Positions 40,118 to 51,171 of a stretch of DNA of 64,000 nt are shown one piece after another. Numbering within the stretch: position 1 is the first letter of the stretch; every line of letters begins with the position of its first letter. The notes below the pieces were generated by a model. That model was given only the letters and a program-made list of their open reading frames with translations, did no database searches and was not told where the DNA came from. A program made the position numbers and the translations under genes. The stretch comes from an uncultured Spirochaetota bacterium. Lineage in GTDB: Bacteria; Spirochaetota; Spirochaetia; DSM-27196; DATKUC01. Where the stretch lies: assembly GCA_963832675.1 (NCBI GenBank), contig CAWHUY010000023.1, positions 99,289-163,288 of the forward strand, in the 5' to 3' direction.

Positions 40118-41289
40118 TCAGGTCCGCATCATCTTCAGGTATTCGTTGAGACAGAGAAGGAACTCGCGATCCTGCGCCCTGTTGACCGGATCGATTCCGA
40201 AGATGCGGCCGATTCGCTCGACCCGTGCCCGCATGGTATTCCGGTGCACACCGAGCGTCTGCGAAGCGTCTTTGAGACTCATGTTGCCCCGGAGCAGCGC
40301 TTCGATTGTACAACAGAGTGAAGCATCGGGCGGTTCAGGCAATGAATCTACGATTCCGGAAAAAGCACTTTCGAACACAGTGCCGGGAATTGTGCTGCGA
40401 ATATAGCGATAGACATGATCGGTGAAATACCGGACTCCCCGTTGCCTGCAGCTTCGCTCACGAGCCACTGGGCGTGCGCGTAGGCAGTTTTATATTTCCG
40501 AAAATCGTGCTGGAGACTGCCGACATAGACCGTGAAATCGACGGGTCCGGTGCCGGCTGCAGAGACCGAATCGCAGTCGGCAAGCTTCGAAAGCGCAGCG
40601 CGAAGCTGCGCCACATACTCTCCGGTGGTCTGTCGAAGAGCGACGACCGCACCGCCACGCCCCGGATTTACCGTCTTGAAGACGAGGATATCGTGTGTCA
40701 CGGTGATGAAAGTTATGTCCTGCCGCGAGTGGCAGGGCATGCGCTTCAACATTGCCACCACCTCATTGGTGTCGGTGTCGACCGAAAACCGAAGTATCAT
40801 CGGCACCCGCAGGAAACGGTTGGAGTAGCCCAGCTTCTCTGCCACGCTTTCCGCATCCGGACCCGCAATCCCCTCGTTATACAGAAGGAGGTTCTGAAAA
40901 AGGTCCTTTATGCCCTGGCGCCGCTCCATCCTGGCCTTGTACATTTCGTATTCGTAAATGGCTTCGATGGAAGTCTTCAGCGCGTACGCAATATTGAGCA
41001 CCTCGCGAGGATTCCCGGTTATTCCGACCACGCCCACCGTTTTTCCATGGTGAGTTATCGGAAGGTTTACTCCGGGTTTTACCCCCGGTGGCAGTTCGTC
41101 ATCCGGATGCAGCACCTCGATGCTCTCGTTTCCCGTCACGATTCGGTAAGCTGCCGCGTGAAATGCGCCTACCCGATTTCGGTCGCGGCTCGCAATGATC
41201 ACACCGCGATCGTCCATGATGTTTATGTTGAAATCGAGATGCACACTCAGCCGGTCCACCAGATCGGCCGCCAGTCTTTCGTTCAGCAT
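40118..41289 (-). pseudogene. CdaR (sugar diacid regulator, PucR family) gene split by a frameshift
   Basis: The N-terminal diacid-recognition domain (41289-40348) and the C-terminal HTH (...TLGVHRNTMRARVERIGRIFGIDP...) at 40468-40118 are in different frames and overlap. Their combined length of about 390 aa equals an intact CdaR. Confidence 0.7.
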
Positions 41290-41426
41290 TTGGTACTCGT
41301 GCGGAAGAATGGCCTATTGTACGGCGGCCCGGCATGCCAATCAAGTGATCGCGCGGATCGCCTGACCGGCCGGACCCTGCGCCTTGACACGAGGGTGCGA
41401 CGGGAGGATAGTTTTCAGTCTCGACG

Positions 41427-42665
41427 ATGGCAACTGAAGAGTCCGCATCACGGCCGCGCCGCCAGGCGTTTACCGCGCTGAAATACCCCAACTACCGCCT
41501 CTGGTTTCAAGGTCAGGTAGTGTCCCTTTTCGGGACCTGGATGCAGGCAACCGCTCAGGGATTCCTCATCTATCAGCTCACCCATTCGGCCGCCTACCTT
41601 GGATACGTAGCTTTCGCGAACGGCGGCGCGATCTGGCTTTTCACGCTCTACGGCGGGGTCGTGGCAGATCGCGTCCCGCGTCGGACGCTTCTGGTGTTTA
41701 CGCAGTCGTTCATGATGCTGCTCGCATTCGTGCTTTCGGCGCTGACCTTTCTGCACGTTGTACAGCCATGGCATATCGTCGTTCTCTCGTTCCTGCTTGG
41801 GACCGCGAATGCGTTCGATGCGCCGGCGCGACAGTCCTTCGTGCTGGAGCTGGTCGAGCGGGAGGATCTCACCAACGCCATAGCGCTGAACTCCACGATG
41901 TTCAACACGGCGACGGCACTCGGTCCGGCGGCGGGCGGAATAGTCTATGCGGCGCTCGGCCCCGGCTGGTGCTTCGCGGTGAATGGTGCGACCTTTGGGG
42001 CGGTGATCTACGCGCTTGTGCGGATGCGGTTGAAATCGGCGCCACCGCGCACAGGCCGGAAACGGGGACTCGCGTCAATAGTCGAAGGGTTCCGATACTT
42101 GAGGTCGCAGCGCGTCGTGCTCGCCATCATCGGACTGATCAGCGTCGTCTCCCTTTTCGGGATCTCTTTCGCGACGCTCTTTCCGGTATGGGCAGTGAAG
42201 GTTCTGCACGGCGATGCGACAACCAACGGCCTTCTCCAGTCGGCCCGCGGCATCGGCGCCTTCTGCGGGGCGCTGCTCATCGCGTCCCTCGGGCGCTTCA
42301 CCTACAAAGGGAAGCTTCTGACAGCCGGTACCTTTGCCTTTCCGGTGATGATCCTCATATTCACGGCTGTGCGAATCGTTCCCGCTTCGCTCCTGGTTCT
42401 GGTGGTAACCGGCCTCGCCCAGATCATGATCATGAACCTCGCCAACGCTCTGGTGCAGACACAGATTGCAGACGAGCTTCGCGGTCGCGTCATGAGCGTC
42501 TACAGCCTCACCTTCCTCGGTCTCATGCCGTTGGGATCGCTCTTCTCCGGTGGAATCGCGGACCGGGCGTCCGCCCCCTTTGCGGTCGCGCTCGGTGCCG
42601 GAATCTGCCTGGTCACCGCCATCGGCCTGGCGATTCTGGTTCCCAGCGTTCGCAGGCTCCCCTGA
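41427..42665 (+). CDS. MFS transporter
   Basis: 412 aa with twelve predicted TM helices and an MFS_3/EntS-like pattern. Confidence 0.8.
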   Translation: MATEESASRPRRQAFTALKYPNYRLWFQGQVVSLFGTWMQATAQGFLIYQLTHSAAYLGYVAFANGGAIWLFTLYGGVVADRVPRRTLLVFTQSFMMLLAFVLSALTFLHVVQPWHIVVLSFLLGTANAFDAPARQSFVLELVEREDLTNAIALNSTMFNTATALGPAAGGIVYAALGPGWCFAVNGATFGAVIYALVRMRLKSAPPRTGRKRGLASIVEGFRYLRSQRVVLAIIGLISVVSLFGISFATLFPVWAVKVLHGDATTNGLLQSARGIGAFCGALLIASLGRFTYKGKLLTAGTFAFPVMILIFTAVRIVPASLLVLVVTGLAQIMIMNLANALVQTQIADELRGRVMSVYSLTFLGLMPLGSLFSGGIADRASAPFAVALGAGICLVTAIGLAILVPSVRRLP

Positions 42666-42668
42666 TCA

Positions 42669-43781
42669 TCAGCGCAGTGCGCGAGGATCTGCGATAACCT
42701 GCCGCAGAGTCCGTCGGACAGCCGCGTATGCGGTCCTTCTATCGGCGAAAAGCGGAGCGGCTCGAACGCCAAGATTGTTGCCCACCACCCGCAGCCGCCC
42801 CGGGACCATCCGGTCTATCGGCGAATCGATCAGCAGCGGCAGGCCGTCAGGGTCCTGCGCGACAAGGGCCGTCGAGCCTCCTCCGTCGAGATTCAGCCCA
42901 TCGGAAGCTCCGACGTAGGAGAGCCAGGCGGCAAGCTCCCGCGTAGTCACCCCCACGCTCCAGCCGAGCTGCCTGCCGTCTGCCACGACGAGGTAGAGGT
43001 ACCGGTGGTTCCTGGAAACTCCGGCGGCCGTGCGCGGATGGCGATGATCGTATCCGCCGAGGTTCCTGCCGTCGCGCAGTATCACCGAAAAGCCGCCGAC
43101 GGCGCTGTCTATCGACCCGGGAAGGCCCGGCCCGGCCGCGACCGATGATTCCAACGCATTCTGATCGACCACCCACGCGCGGCCGGAATCGTCAATGATC
43201 AGGGCGCCGTCGCTGCCTTCCGGCGGCGAATAGACTGCGCCCCCCGCGGCGGAGATTCCCATGATATCTTCCGGCGCGCCTGGAGTGTCGGAGACCGGCG
43301 CGAACGGAGAGGCATTGACCGCAATCTGAACTCCTGTTTCGCGCAGGAAGGTCTCGGTCGTCTCTCCGTCGGTATCGAGCGGTCGGCTGCCGTTCGATGG
43401 CGTGACAACGATCGAGATTCCCGGCGACATCAGGTCGATGCGGACACCCCATACCTGGAGGGGCGGATCCCAACGGGAAAACCGTACAATGTCGATTCCC
43501 CGGTGTAGCGGCGCCCACCGGAAGCCGGCGGATGAGTTTGCCGTCATCGGCCGATCGCCCGGCGCCGCAGGACGGGGGCCGTCCGCTTGCCCGTTCACGC
43601 CGGGTGGACCGAGGTAGACGTCGAGCGGATACTCGAGGCTTGCGCATCCGGACAGCGCCGCGACGATTACAACCACTACCGGTAGGGCACCGATTTTCCA
43701 CAGCCGCCAGTTGTAGCGTCTCTTTGTATCCGGAAATAGAAAATATCGGGTGGGACGGAAAATTGATTGATTACTTAACAT
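42669..43781 (-). CDS. Phosphodiester glycosidase family lipoprotein (NAGPA/DUF2233-like)
   Basis: Lipobox ...LSGC. C-terminal LNLDGGGSTALV motif characteristic of the family. Confidence 0.65.
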   Translation of the reverse strand: MLSNQSIFRPTRYFLFPDTKRRYNWRLWKIGALPVVVVIVAALSGCASLEYPLDVYLGPPGVNGQADGPRPAAPGDRPMTANSSAGFRWAPLHRGIDIVRFSRWDPPLQVWGVRIDLMSPGISIVVTPSNGSRPLDTDGETTETFLRETGVQIAVNASPFAPVSDTPGAPEDIMGISAAGGAVYSPPEGSDGALIIDDSGRAWVVDQNALESSVAAGPGLPGSIDSAVGGFSVILRDGRNLGGYDHRHPRTAAGVSRNHRYLYLVVADGRQLGWSVGVTTRELAAWLSYVGASDGLNLDGGGSTALVAQDPDGLPLLIDSPIDRMVPGRLRVVGNNLGVRAAPLFADRRTAYAAVRRTLRQVIADPRALR

Positions 43782-43804
43782 ATGTATAGTATTATGGAGA
43801 GGCC

Positions 43805-44533
43805 ATGATCTTCACCACGGCCTCCGGAAAACCAGTTCCCGTCCGCCGCGCCCGCGATCTTGCTTCCGCCGCGCAGACGGGCGGCAGAGCCTTCTCCTGG
43901 TCGCTCCCGTCGCTCTCCGGGAGGCTGTGCGAATTGGCAACCGAACCGGGAAGCCCGTGGCTCACGCTCCTGTGCCGTCTCATTCTCGATGCGGGGTCGG
44001 CCGGAGAGCCCGCCGCATGGGTAACTGCCTCCCGGGACACCTTCTACCCGCCGGACTTTCAGGCGAATGGCGTAGATCTCAACTGCCTGCCGGTGGTATT
44101 TGCGCCCGATGCCCGCCGTGCTTCACGGGCGGCCGAACACCTCCTCCGCTCGGGAGCCTTCAGTCTCGTTATTCTCCAGATTGACGGACAGCGTCTTTCA
44201 AATGCGATCCTCGGCCGGCTCGCAAGCCTCGCCGACCAGTATAACGCCGGTCTTCTCATTGTGACCAGCGCGCCCGTACGCCGCCTGCGGGCGCCGGCCG
44301 CTTACGACACTTTAGGGTCGCTCATATCACTGCGAATGAACTGCCGGGTACGGCAGGAGCCCGCCCGTTCACCGTACCGCAGCAACGAGTCGGTATACCA
44401 TGCCCGCCATGGGACATTTATCCGATCGCCGCAGGGGACCTTCCTTTGTGAGCTCACCGTTACCAAAGACAAACGAAACGGACCGGGGCGAGTCTACAGG
44501 GAAATATGCAATGGGATTGCTGGCCTGTGTTAA
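43805..44533 (+). CDS. imuA: ImuA-like SOS mutagenesis protein (RecA/SulA-fold)
   Basis: 242 aa, first gene of a three-gene cassette with imuB and dnaE2. RBS GGAGAGG. Confidence 0.65.
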   Translation: MIFTTASGKPVPVRRARDLASAAQTGGRAFSWSLPSLSGRLCELATEPGSPWLTLLCRLILDAGSAGEPAAWVTASRDTFYPPDFQANGVDLNCLPVVFAPDARRASRAAEHLLRSGAFSLVILQIDGQRLSNAILGRLASLADQYNAGLLIVTSAPVRRLRAPAAYDTLGSLISLRMNCRVRQEPARSPYRSNESVYHARHGTFIRSPQGTFLCELTVTKDKRNGPGRVYREICNGIAGLC

Positions 44534-46028
44534 CATAGCGCGACTGAAGCTTCAGCTCTACGGACGGCGGTGCCCGCAGCTACGCAACCGACCGATGGCG
44601 ATTATCTCCGAAGATCGGCCACTGGGAATCGTACTCGAAGCAAACCGCACGGCGCTTGCAGAGGGGGTACGGCCCGGGATGCGATACGCTTCGGCACTTT
44701 CGCTTGTTCCCGCGCTCCAGGCCGCGGCGATATCTAAATCCGAGGTAGAAGAAACTGTTCTGACGCTGAGCGAGCTCCTTCTCGAGTTCAGCCCATCGGT
44801 GGAACCGGCTCGAATCGGTACCGGCCAGATATGCGCCGGGGTTTTCTGGCTGAACGCGGAGGGACTCACCAGGATATTCGGCAGCCCTGCACAATGGGCG
44901 GCAGCGATCTGCAGAGCTCTCGAAAAAGGGCCGGCTGCCGATATAACGGCTCCCGGATTCTCCGCCGTTGTCGCGATCGGCACCACGCACTTCGGTACCT
45001 ACGCCGCGGCGCGCATGTTTCGCGAAAATACCGTCTTCGAAGGTCCGCGCCAGGAACTGGAGATCACCCGCCGCGTTCCTCTCCGCATCCTCCCCTTCGA
45101 CCCGCGCACGACCGACATTCTGTTTAATCTCGGCCTGCACACTGTTCGCGATTTTGTGGCCCTTCCCTACGGGGGAGTGCGCAAAAGATTCGGGGATGAT
45201 GCGGCGGCGGTTCACCGGTTTGTTCAGGGACTCGGAACTCTTCCCGTGCAGACGCTGACTCGCAGCGATCCGCTCTCGCGGACACGCCGCTTTGCCTCGC
45301 CCATGACAAACAAAACTTACCTAATAGTCGCGGCGACCCAGCTTCTCGGCGAACTTCACGAGGAAGCTGCCCGCCGCAGGCAACTGGTCAAAGAGATGGA
45401 GCTGACCCTGACTCTCGAGCCCGGCCGACAGGGCGGCGGGCTGGAACCGCTGCGTGCGGTTTTGCGGCCGGCCACTCCAACGGGCGAGCAGCACCTCCTC
45501 GCAAAACTGCTCCGCCTGCGTATGGAGGATCTCGTCATCCCCGACCCGGTCGAAACAATCTCACTTTCCTTCACGTTGCAGCGCGCACATCACACGCAGA
45601 CGGATCTTTTTATGCACAGACCCGCGCGAGACCCTTCCGCCGCAGACAAAGCGTTTGCGCTGATCCGCGCAGAGCTGGGAAACGATGCGGTCTGTGTTGC
45701 ACAGCTTTTGCCGGAACATCTCCCCCGCGAACGCTACAACTGGGAACCGGTTGAACATATGCCTCAGGAGGCGTCCGACCAGCGTCCTGTTTCGACTGCT
45801 CTACTTGCCCGTGTCCGGCGTCTCTTCGGTTCGCCGGAGGCGATCTCCACACTTCCTGCAGCAGTGAAACGGGACGGCTCCACCGATACGCTGCATTTTT
45901 CGGGAACCTGGTGGGATGCTCCCTATCAGGTTGAGTACCGCTATTTCCGCGCCGGGGACGGTGCCGTCCTCTGGCTTGCACATGAGCGGCAGGATGATGG
46001 ATGGGTCATACAGGGATCAGTTGAATAA
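44511..46028 (+). CDS. imuB: ImuB, Y-family DNA polymerase-like protein
   Basis: Start chosen at MGLLACVNIARLKLQL. UmuC-like fold without the catalytic acidic residues. Overlaps the imuA end by 23 nt. Confidence 0.75.
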   Translation: MGLLACVNIARLKLQLYGRRCPQLRNRPMAIISEDRPLGIVLEANRTALAEGVRPGMRYASALSLVPALQAAAISKSEVEETVLTLSELLLEFSPSVEPARIGTGQICAGVFWLNAEGLTRIFGSPAQWAAAICRALEKGPAADITAPGFSAVVAIGTTHFGTYAAARMFRENTVFEGPRQELEITRRVPLRILPFDPRTTDILFNLGLHTVRDFVALPYGGVRKRFGDDAAAVHRFVQGLGTLPVQTLTRSDPLSRTRRFASPMTNKTYLIVAATQLLGELHEEAARRRQLVKEMELTLTLEPGRQGGGLEPLRAVLRPATPTGEQHLLAKLLRLRMEDLVIPDPVETISLSFTLQRAHHTQTDLFMHRPARDPSAADKAFALIRAELGNDAVCVAQLLPEHLPRERYNWEPVEHMPQEASDQRPVSTALLARVRRLFGSPEAISTLPAAVKRDGSTDTLHFSGTWWDAPYQVEYRYFRAGDGAVLWLAHERQDDGWVIQGSVE

Positions 46029-49000
46029 CAAACCGATCACTCCGCACACCTTCGGTTCCTCCCGCCCCTCCTACGTCCCGCTCTGGTGTAAGAGCAACTA
46101 CTCCTTCCTCGAAGGTGCGAGCCACCCCGAAGAGCTTGTCGAGCAGGCCGCGCGATTACGTCTCGGCGCAATCGCGGTCACCGACCGGGATGGGGTGTAC
46201 GGCATTGTCCGGGCGCATGAAGCGGCAAAGGAACACGGCGTCTCGCTCATCATCGGCTCCGAAATCACCGTCGACAACGGCGGTACCATCGTCTTGTACG
46301 CCCGGGGACGGACGGGATACCGCAGCCTCTGCACGCTCATATCGGCGGGTCGACTCCGCAGTCCAAAGGGAATCTCATCGGTGAGCTGGGCCGAAGTCTA
46401 CGAGCACGCCGAAGACCTTATTGGGGTGATACCGGGCCGCACACTGCTGCGATGGATCGACACAGGAGGACTCAGCGATAGCACGGCGGCGACGAACATT
46501 CTCCGGCCCGGTCCGGCCCGAACACTATCTGCGTTTTCTCTCCCGTGCGTTCGGCAGGCGACTCTACCTCGGTATTTCCCGCCACCACACAGAGACGGAC
46601 ATCCGGGCAGAGGCGATAGCGCGCGAGCTTGCCGGGCCAACCGGCCCTCACCCGGAGATCCCGTTTGTTGCCTTCCAGGAGGTGCTCTATCACGATCCGG
46701 CCCGCCGGCCGCTGCAGGATGTCCTGTCCTGCATCCGCCACAACTGTACCATCTACGAAGCCGGCGACCGGCTTCGCGCGAACGCCGAGCACTTTCTCCC
46801 TTCAGCCCAGGACATGCTCCATCGTTTCGGCGACGACCCGGCGCTTCTCGCGAGGACAGTCGAGATCGCCCGCCAGTGTACTTTTACCCTCGACCAGATC
46901 GTCTACCGCTATCCCTCCGAGCGGCTTCCCGATGGATACAGCACTGCGAGCTGGCTGCTCCGGCTCACATTCGAGGGCGCACACCTGCGTTACCCCTCCG
47001 GCATCCCGGAGACCGTGCGCACCCAGATACAGAAGGAGCTCTCCATCATCGAGGATCTCGACTACTGCGGGTACTTCCTGACGATGTGGGAGATCGTCCA
47101 GTTCTGCCACAGGCAGGGAATCCTCTGCCAGGGACGCGGATCAGCCGCCAACTCGGCGGTCTGCTACTGCCTCGGCATCACTGCGGTCGATCCGGTACGG
47201 ATGGATTTGCTGTTCGAACGGTTCCTCTCGCGCGAACGCGCCGAACCCCCCGACATCGACCTCGACATCGAGCACAATCGGCGTGAAGAGGTGATCCAGC
47301 ACATGTACGAGAAGTACGGCAGGTCTCACGCGGCTATGGTGGCGAATGTTATCCGTTATCGGCGCAAGTCTGCGGTTCGCGATGTCGGAAAGGTCTTCGA
47401 TATCGCGCCGAGCGCAGTGGACCGACTCGCTCGCCTCGTCTCCTACCGCGACGGCGATCTTGCCGCGGCTATCACCGAGGCGGGACTCGACCCTGAAGCT
47501 CAGTCGATCAAGCTACTCTACACGCTCGCCTCCGAGATCCTCGAGTTCCCGCGTCACCTTTCGATCCATCCCGGCGGCTTTATGCTCGGAACCGAGCCTA
47601 TCAGCAACATTGTACCGATCGAAAATGCGACGATGCCGGGCCGCACGGTCATTCAATGGGACAAGTACGACATCGAATCGATGAACCTGTTCAAAGTTGA
47701 TCTGCTTGGACTCGGCGCACTCACGCACCTCGACTACTGTTTCCGGCTGCTTCGTCAGCACGAGCAGATAGAGCTTTCAATGGCGACAATTCCCGCGGGT
47801 GACCCTGCGACCTACGCAATGATAACGGCGAGCGACACGGTGGGAGTCTTCCAGCTCGAGAGCCGCGCGCAGATGGCCATGCTCCCCCGGATCCGTCCCG
47901 CCAGCTACTACGACATCGTGATCGAGGTGAGCATCGTCCGTCCGGGGCCAATCACCGGGGGCATGGTTCACCCCTACCTGCGACGTCGGAACGGGGAGGA
48001 GACGGTAGTCTATCCTCACCCCGATCTCGAGCCGGTCCTCAAGAAAACGCTGGGCGTGCCGATCTTCCAGGAGCAGGTCATGAAGCTGGCGGTCATCGCA
48101 GCAGGATACACACCCGGTCAGGCAGACCAGCTGCGCCGGGACATGGCGGCATGGCGCAAATCAGGCCGGATCGAAAAGCATCACGACAAGCTCATTTCAG
48201 GCATGATCGCCCGGGGAATCGATCTCAAGTTCGCCGAACAGGTCTTCGACCAGATTCGCGGCTTTGGCGAGTACGGCTTCCCCGAAAGCCACGCAGCAAG
48301 TTTCGCCCTCATCGCCTATGCCACCGCCTGGATGCGCTGCCACCATCCCGCGGTCTTCAGCTGCGCACTGCTCAACGCCTGGCCGATGGGTTTCTATCAT
48401 CCCGCAACCCTTGTGTCGGACGCAAAACGGCGCGGGGTGTCGGTGCTGCCGGTGGACGCGCTCACGAGCGACTGGGAGTGCACTCTCGAGCCGGTAACCG
48501 ATAACGCGGAAGCCAGTACGGCAGGTGCCGCGAAGCACACTTCCCGTCCCGGCTTTGCCATCAGGATGGGGCTGCGCTACGTGAAGGGTCTCGGCCTCGC
48601 AGACTGGGAAAGAATCCGCCAGGTCCGTGCCGGCCTCACCGAAGAGCGGTCGTTCGCGCAATTTGTGCGTCTGAGCCGGCTCGATGAACCAGCACTGGCC
48701 GCGCTCGCAAAAAGCGGCGCATTCTCATGTTTCCGCATCGACCGGCGCGGCAGCCTGTGGCGGACTCTCGGCAGAGCGGTCGAGCAAAGCCGGGAAAGGA
48801 TGAACACAGACTTCCCCGGAATCGGCGCCGCCCCGCCCGTTGACGCGTTCGCCGCCGGGAATCAGCTCTTCGAAGAGAGCTCACCGGAGTTTGCCGGTCT
48901 CACGGCTGGCGAGACGATCGCGTGGGACTATGCCGCCGCAAGCCACAGCACCGAAGGTCATCCCCTCGAACCCTACCGGGAGGAACTTCGCCGGCAGAAG

Positions 49001-49321
49001 CTCCCCGATGCCCGGGAGGTCATCGGCACCGAAAGCGGCCGGATCGTGTCCTACGCGGGACTCGTTATCTGCCGTCAGCGACCGGAAACCGCCGCCGGCG
49101 TGATGTTTGTAACATTGGAAGACGAAAGTGGATTCGTTAATCTCATTGTTCACGAGAAGAAGTTCGAGCAGTACAGGCGCGTCCTGTTGACCCAGCCGTT
49201 CCTCGGCGTTACCGGAAAGGTCCAGTCGACCGAAAACGTGGTTCATATCCTCGTCGAATCATGCTGGATCCCGAAACTGTCGCAACAACCGGTAACGCTC
49301 GGGAGTCGGGATTTCCACTGA
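45982..49321 (+). pseudogene. dnaE2: Error-prone DNA polymerase DnaE2 (ImuC), frameshifted near 46503-46520
   Basis: N-terminal PHP domain (...LWCKSNYSFLEGASHPEELVEQAARLRLGAIAVTDRDGVYG...) in one frame. From about 46518 the +1 frame continues (EHYLRFLSRAFGRRLYLGISRHH...) into the complete polymerase core. The frames switch at CCGGCCCGGTCCGGCCCG. Total length of about 1110 aa matches DnaE2. Confidence 0.75.
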
Positions 49322-49327
49322 CGCACG

Positions 49328-49354
49328 CAAAAAAACGCCGCCTAGGGAAGGCGG
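49328..49354 (-). terminator. Rho-independent terminator for the outer-membrane protein gene, possibly bidirectional
   Basis: On the minus strand, stem GCCGCCT/AGGCGGC with loop TCCCTA, followed by T7. Confidence 0.6.
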
Positions 49355-49376
49355 CATGTCTTGAAACGATTCGAAC

Positions 49377-50042
49377 TCAGAATCTATATCCGGCCATCAG
49401 TCCAAAATCCCACCGCGTCCAGACGACGCTCACGCCTGTCGCGCCCGCCGCCTGGAGCGAATCGACAGTGTCCTTGTCCGTTTGCGACGGCAACTTGTAC
49501 CCAAAAAGGATTTCCGGACGAAAATAGATATTTTTGGTCAAATCGAAGTCGGCGCCGGCGCCCACCTTCACCCAGAACTGATTCATATCTTTCTTTTCCT
49601 GATCGGTCAAAGTGGATTTGACGTCGTTTCCGTTCTGATCGGTCAGAGAAAGGTTCAGATCGTACTCGATGCCGAGGAGCGGGAAGAGTTTGACCATTCC
49701 GAGATCAAATGGGTATTTTCCCAGGAGCCCTGCGGAGATGTACTTCGTATAATAGTTGTAGTCGGCGCTCGTCGTAGTTCCTCCGCTACTTATATCCTCC
49801 TTTCCCGTGAGTGACCCGAAATACCCAATCGAAACCTGCGCATAGGTCGCGTCGAAAAACGCGCCGAGATTCAGCGCAGGGATATTTATGTTGTCGTATC
49901 CACTGGAACCACCAAAGGATCCACCAACGTGCTCATTCACCCGCGTGTAATCGATCATTGCTCCTGCGCTCAAATCGAGCCCGAAGAGCGCAGTGCCGCA
50001 CCCGAGAAGCAACACCAGTAGTATCGCAAAAAAGCGTTTCAT
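49377..50042 (-). CDS. Small outer-membrane beta-barrel protein (OmpW/OmpA-like porin family)
   Basis: Signal peptide MKRFFAILLVLLLGCGTALFG, alternating amphipathic strands and a C-terminal ...GYRF. Confidence 0.65.
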   Translation of the reverse strand: MKRFFAILLVLLLGCGTALFGLDLSAGAMIDYTRVNEHVGGSFGGSSGYDNINIPALNLGAFFDATYAQVSIGYFGSLTGKEDISSGGTTTSADYNYYTKYISAGLLGKYPFDLGMVKLFPLLGIEYDLNLSLTDQNGNDVKSTLTDQEKKDMNQFWVKVGAGADFDLTKNIYFRPEILFGYKLPSQTDKDTVDSLQAAGATGVSVVWTRWDFGLMAGYRF

Positions 50043-50228
50043 TCTTATGCCTCCATGGTAAAGTCTCGTTCACGCGGACCACCCGCGCAAGAACATGACG
50101 CAATAAATTGGCGAATGGTGATGCCGAAAAAGGCGAAGAATGACTTCACAGCTGTGTAGCAAAAAACAAACTCTGGAGCTTGGCCATTAGAGGCGATTCG
50201 CGCTCGACGTCCGTCGCGGAATCGAGTA

Positions 50229-51158
50229 TTGTGGCCCATGCTTCTCAAAATTCTGCTTCTCATGGTCGGGCAGGTGGTGGCTGCGACGGCGGTCATCGCG
50301 ATCAAAGCCTCGACGCTCCACCCGGTTCTTCTCGCCGCGGTGCGTCTGCTCATCGCAGCGACAGTCTTGACCCCGCTCTATTTGCGCGACTCGAGAATCG
50401 AGAACCGCGACCGCGCAGCGATGTTCGCGGCGATCAAACCGTCGATTCTTCCGGGGCTGTTTCTCGCTCTCCACTTTGTGAGCTGGAACTACGGCGCGCG
50501 GGCGACGATCGCCGCGAACGCGAATCTCATCGTGAATCTCGTGCCGATTGCAATGCCGTTTCTCGTCTATGGGATGACTCGCGAGCTGATCACGCGTCGC
50601 GAGGTGGTCGGTACCCTGCTTGCGATCGCCGGGGTCGCGGTGCTGACCGGCGCAGATATTCATGTGGGGAAATCGACTTTGCCCGGAGATCTCACCTGCT
50701 TCCTTTCGATGATCTTTTTGAGCGCCTACATCGCACTCGCCCGGCGGAACAACCGGCAGCCCACGGTCTGGCTCTACGTTGTGCCCCTCTACTGGTTCGC
50801 GGGTCTGCTTTCCCTGGGTGCGGCTGCCGTTATCATGTCCTCGGCAAGCTCGGTTTCCGGGGCAGCGGTACAGGCGGTACGAGAGCTTACGCCGGTGAAT
50901 ATCGCGCTGGCCGTCTATCTCGGCCTTTTTCCCACTATCATCGGGCACACGATTATCAACCGAAGCATGGGAGTCCTCCCAAGCCAGATCGTCTCGCTGA
51001 GCATGCTGACACAGTTCATCTTCGCCGGCCTCTTCGCCTTCATCCTGTTTGGAGAGATACCGACCCCGCTCCTTGCCCCTGCTGCGGCGCTGGTCATAGC
51101 CGGCGCGGCGCTCGTTATCTTCAAAAAGCAATTGGCGGCAGAGAGCCCGGATAGCTGA
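50229..51158 (+). CDS. EamA/DMT family transporter
   Basis: 309 aa with ten TM helices and duplicated EamA domains. Confidence 0.8.
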   Translation: MWPMLLKILLLMVGQVVAATAVIAIKASTLHPVLLAAVRLLIAATVLTPLYLRDSRIENRDRAAMFAAIKPSILPGLFLALHFVSWNYGARATIAANANLIVNLVPIAMPFLVYGMTRELITRREVVGTLLAIAGVAVLTGADIHVGKSTLPGDLTCFLSMIFLSAYIALARRNNRQPTVWLYVVPLYWFAGLLSLGAAAVIMSSASSVSGAAVQAVRELTPVNIALAVYLGLFPTIIGHTIINRSMGVLPSQIVSLSMLTQFIFAGLFAFILFGEIPTPLLAPAAALVIAGAALVIFKKQLAAESPDS

Positions 51159-51171
51159 GTCCGAACGGAGG

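Noticed and set aside
39348-41481. ORFs 39348-40313 (-) and 40474-41481 (+)
   Set aside because: The first is an alternative frame of the GntP permease. The second is antisense to the CdaR N-terminal domain. Neither has recognisable domains.
50180-51154. ORFs 50180-51154 (+) and 50187-51131 (-)
   Set aside because: Alternative-frame and antisense shadows of the EamA transporter gene (50229-51158), which has a clean 10-TM profile.
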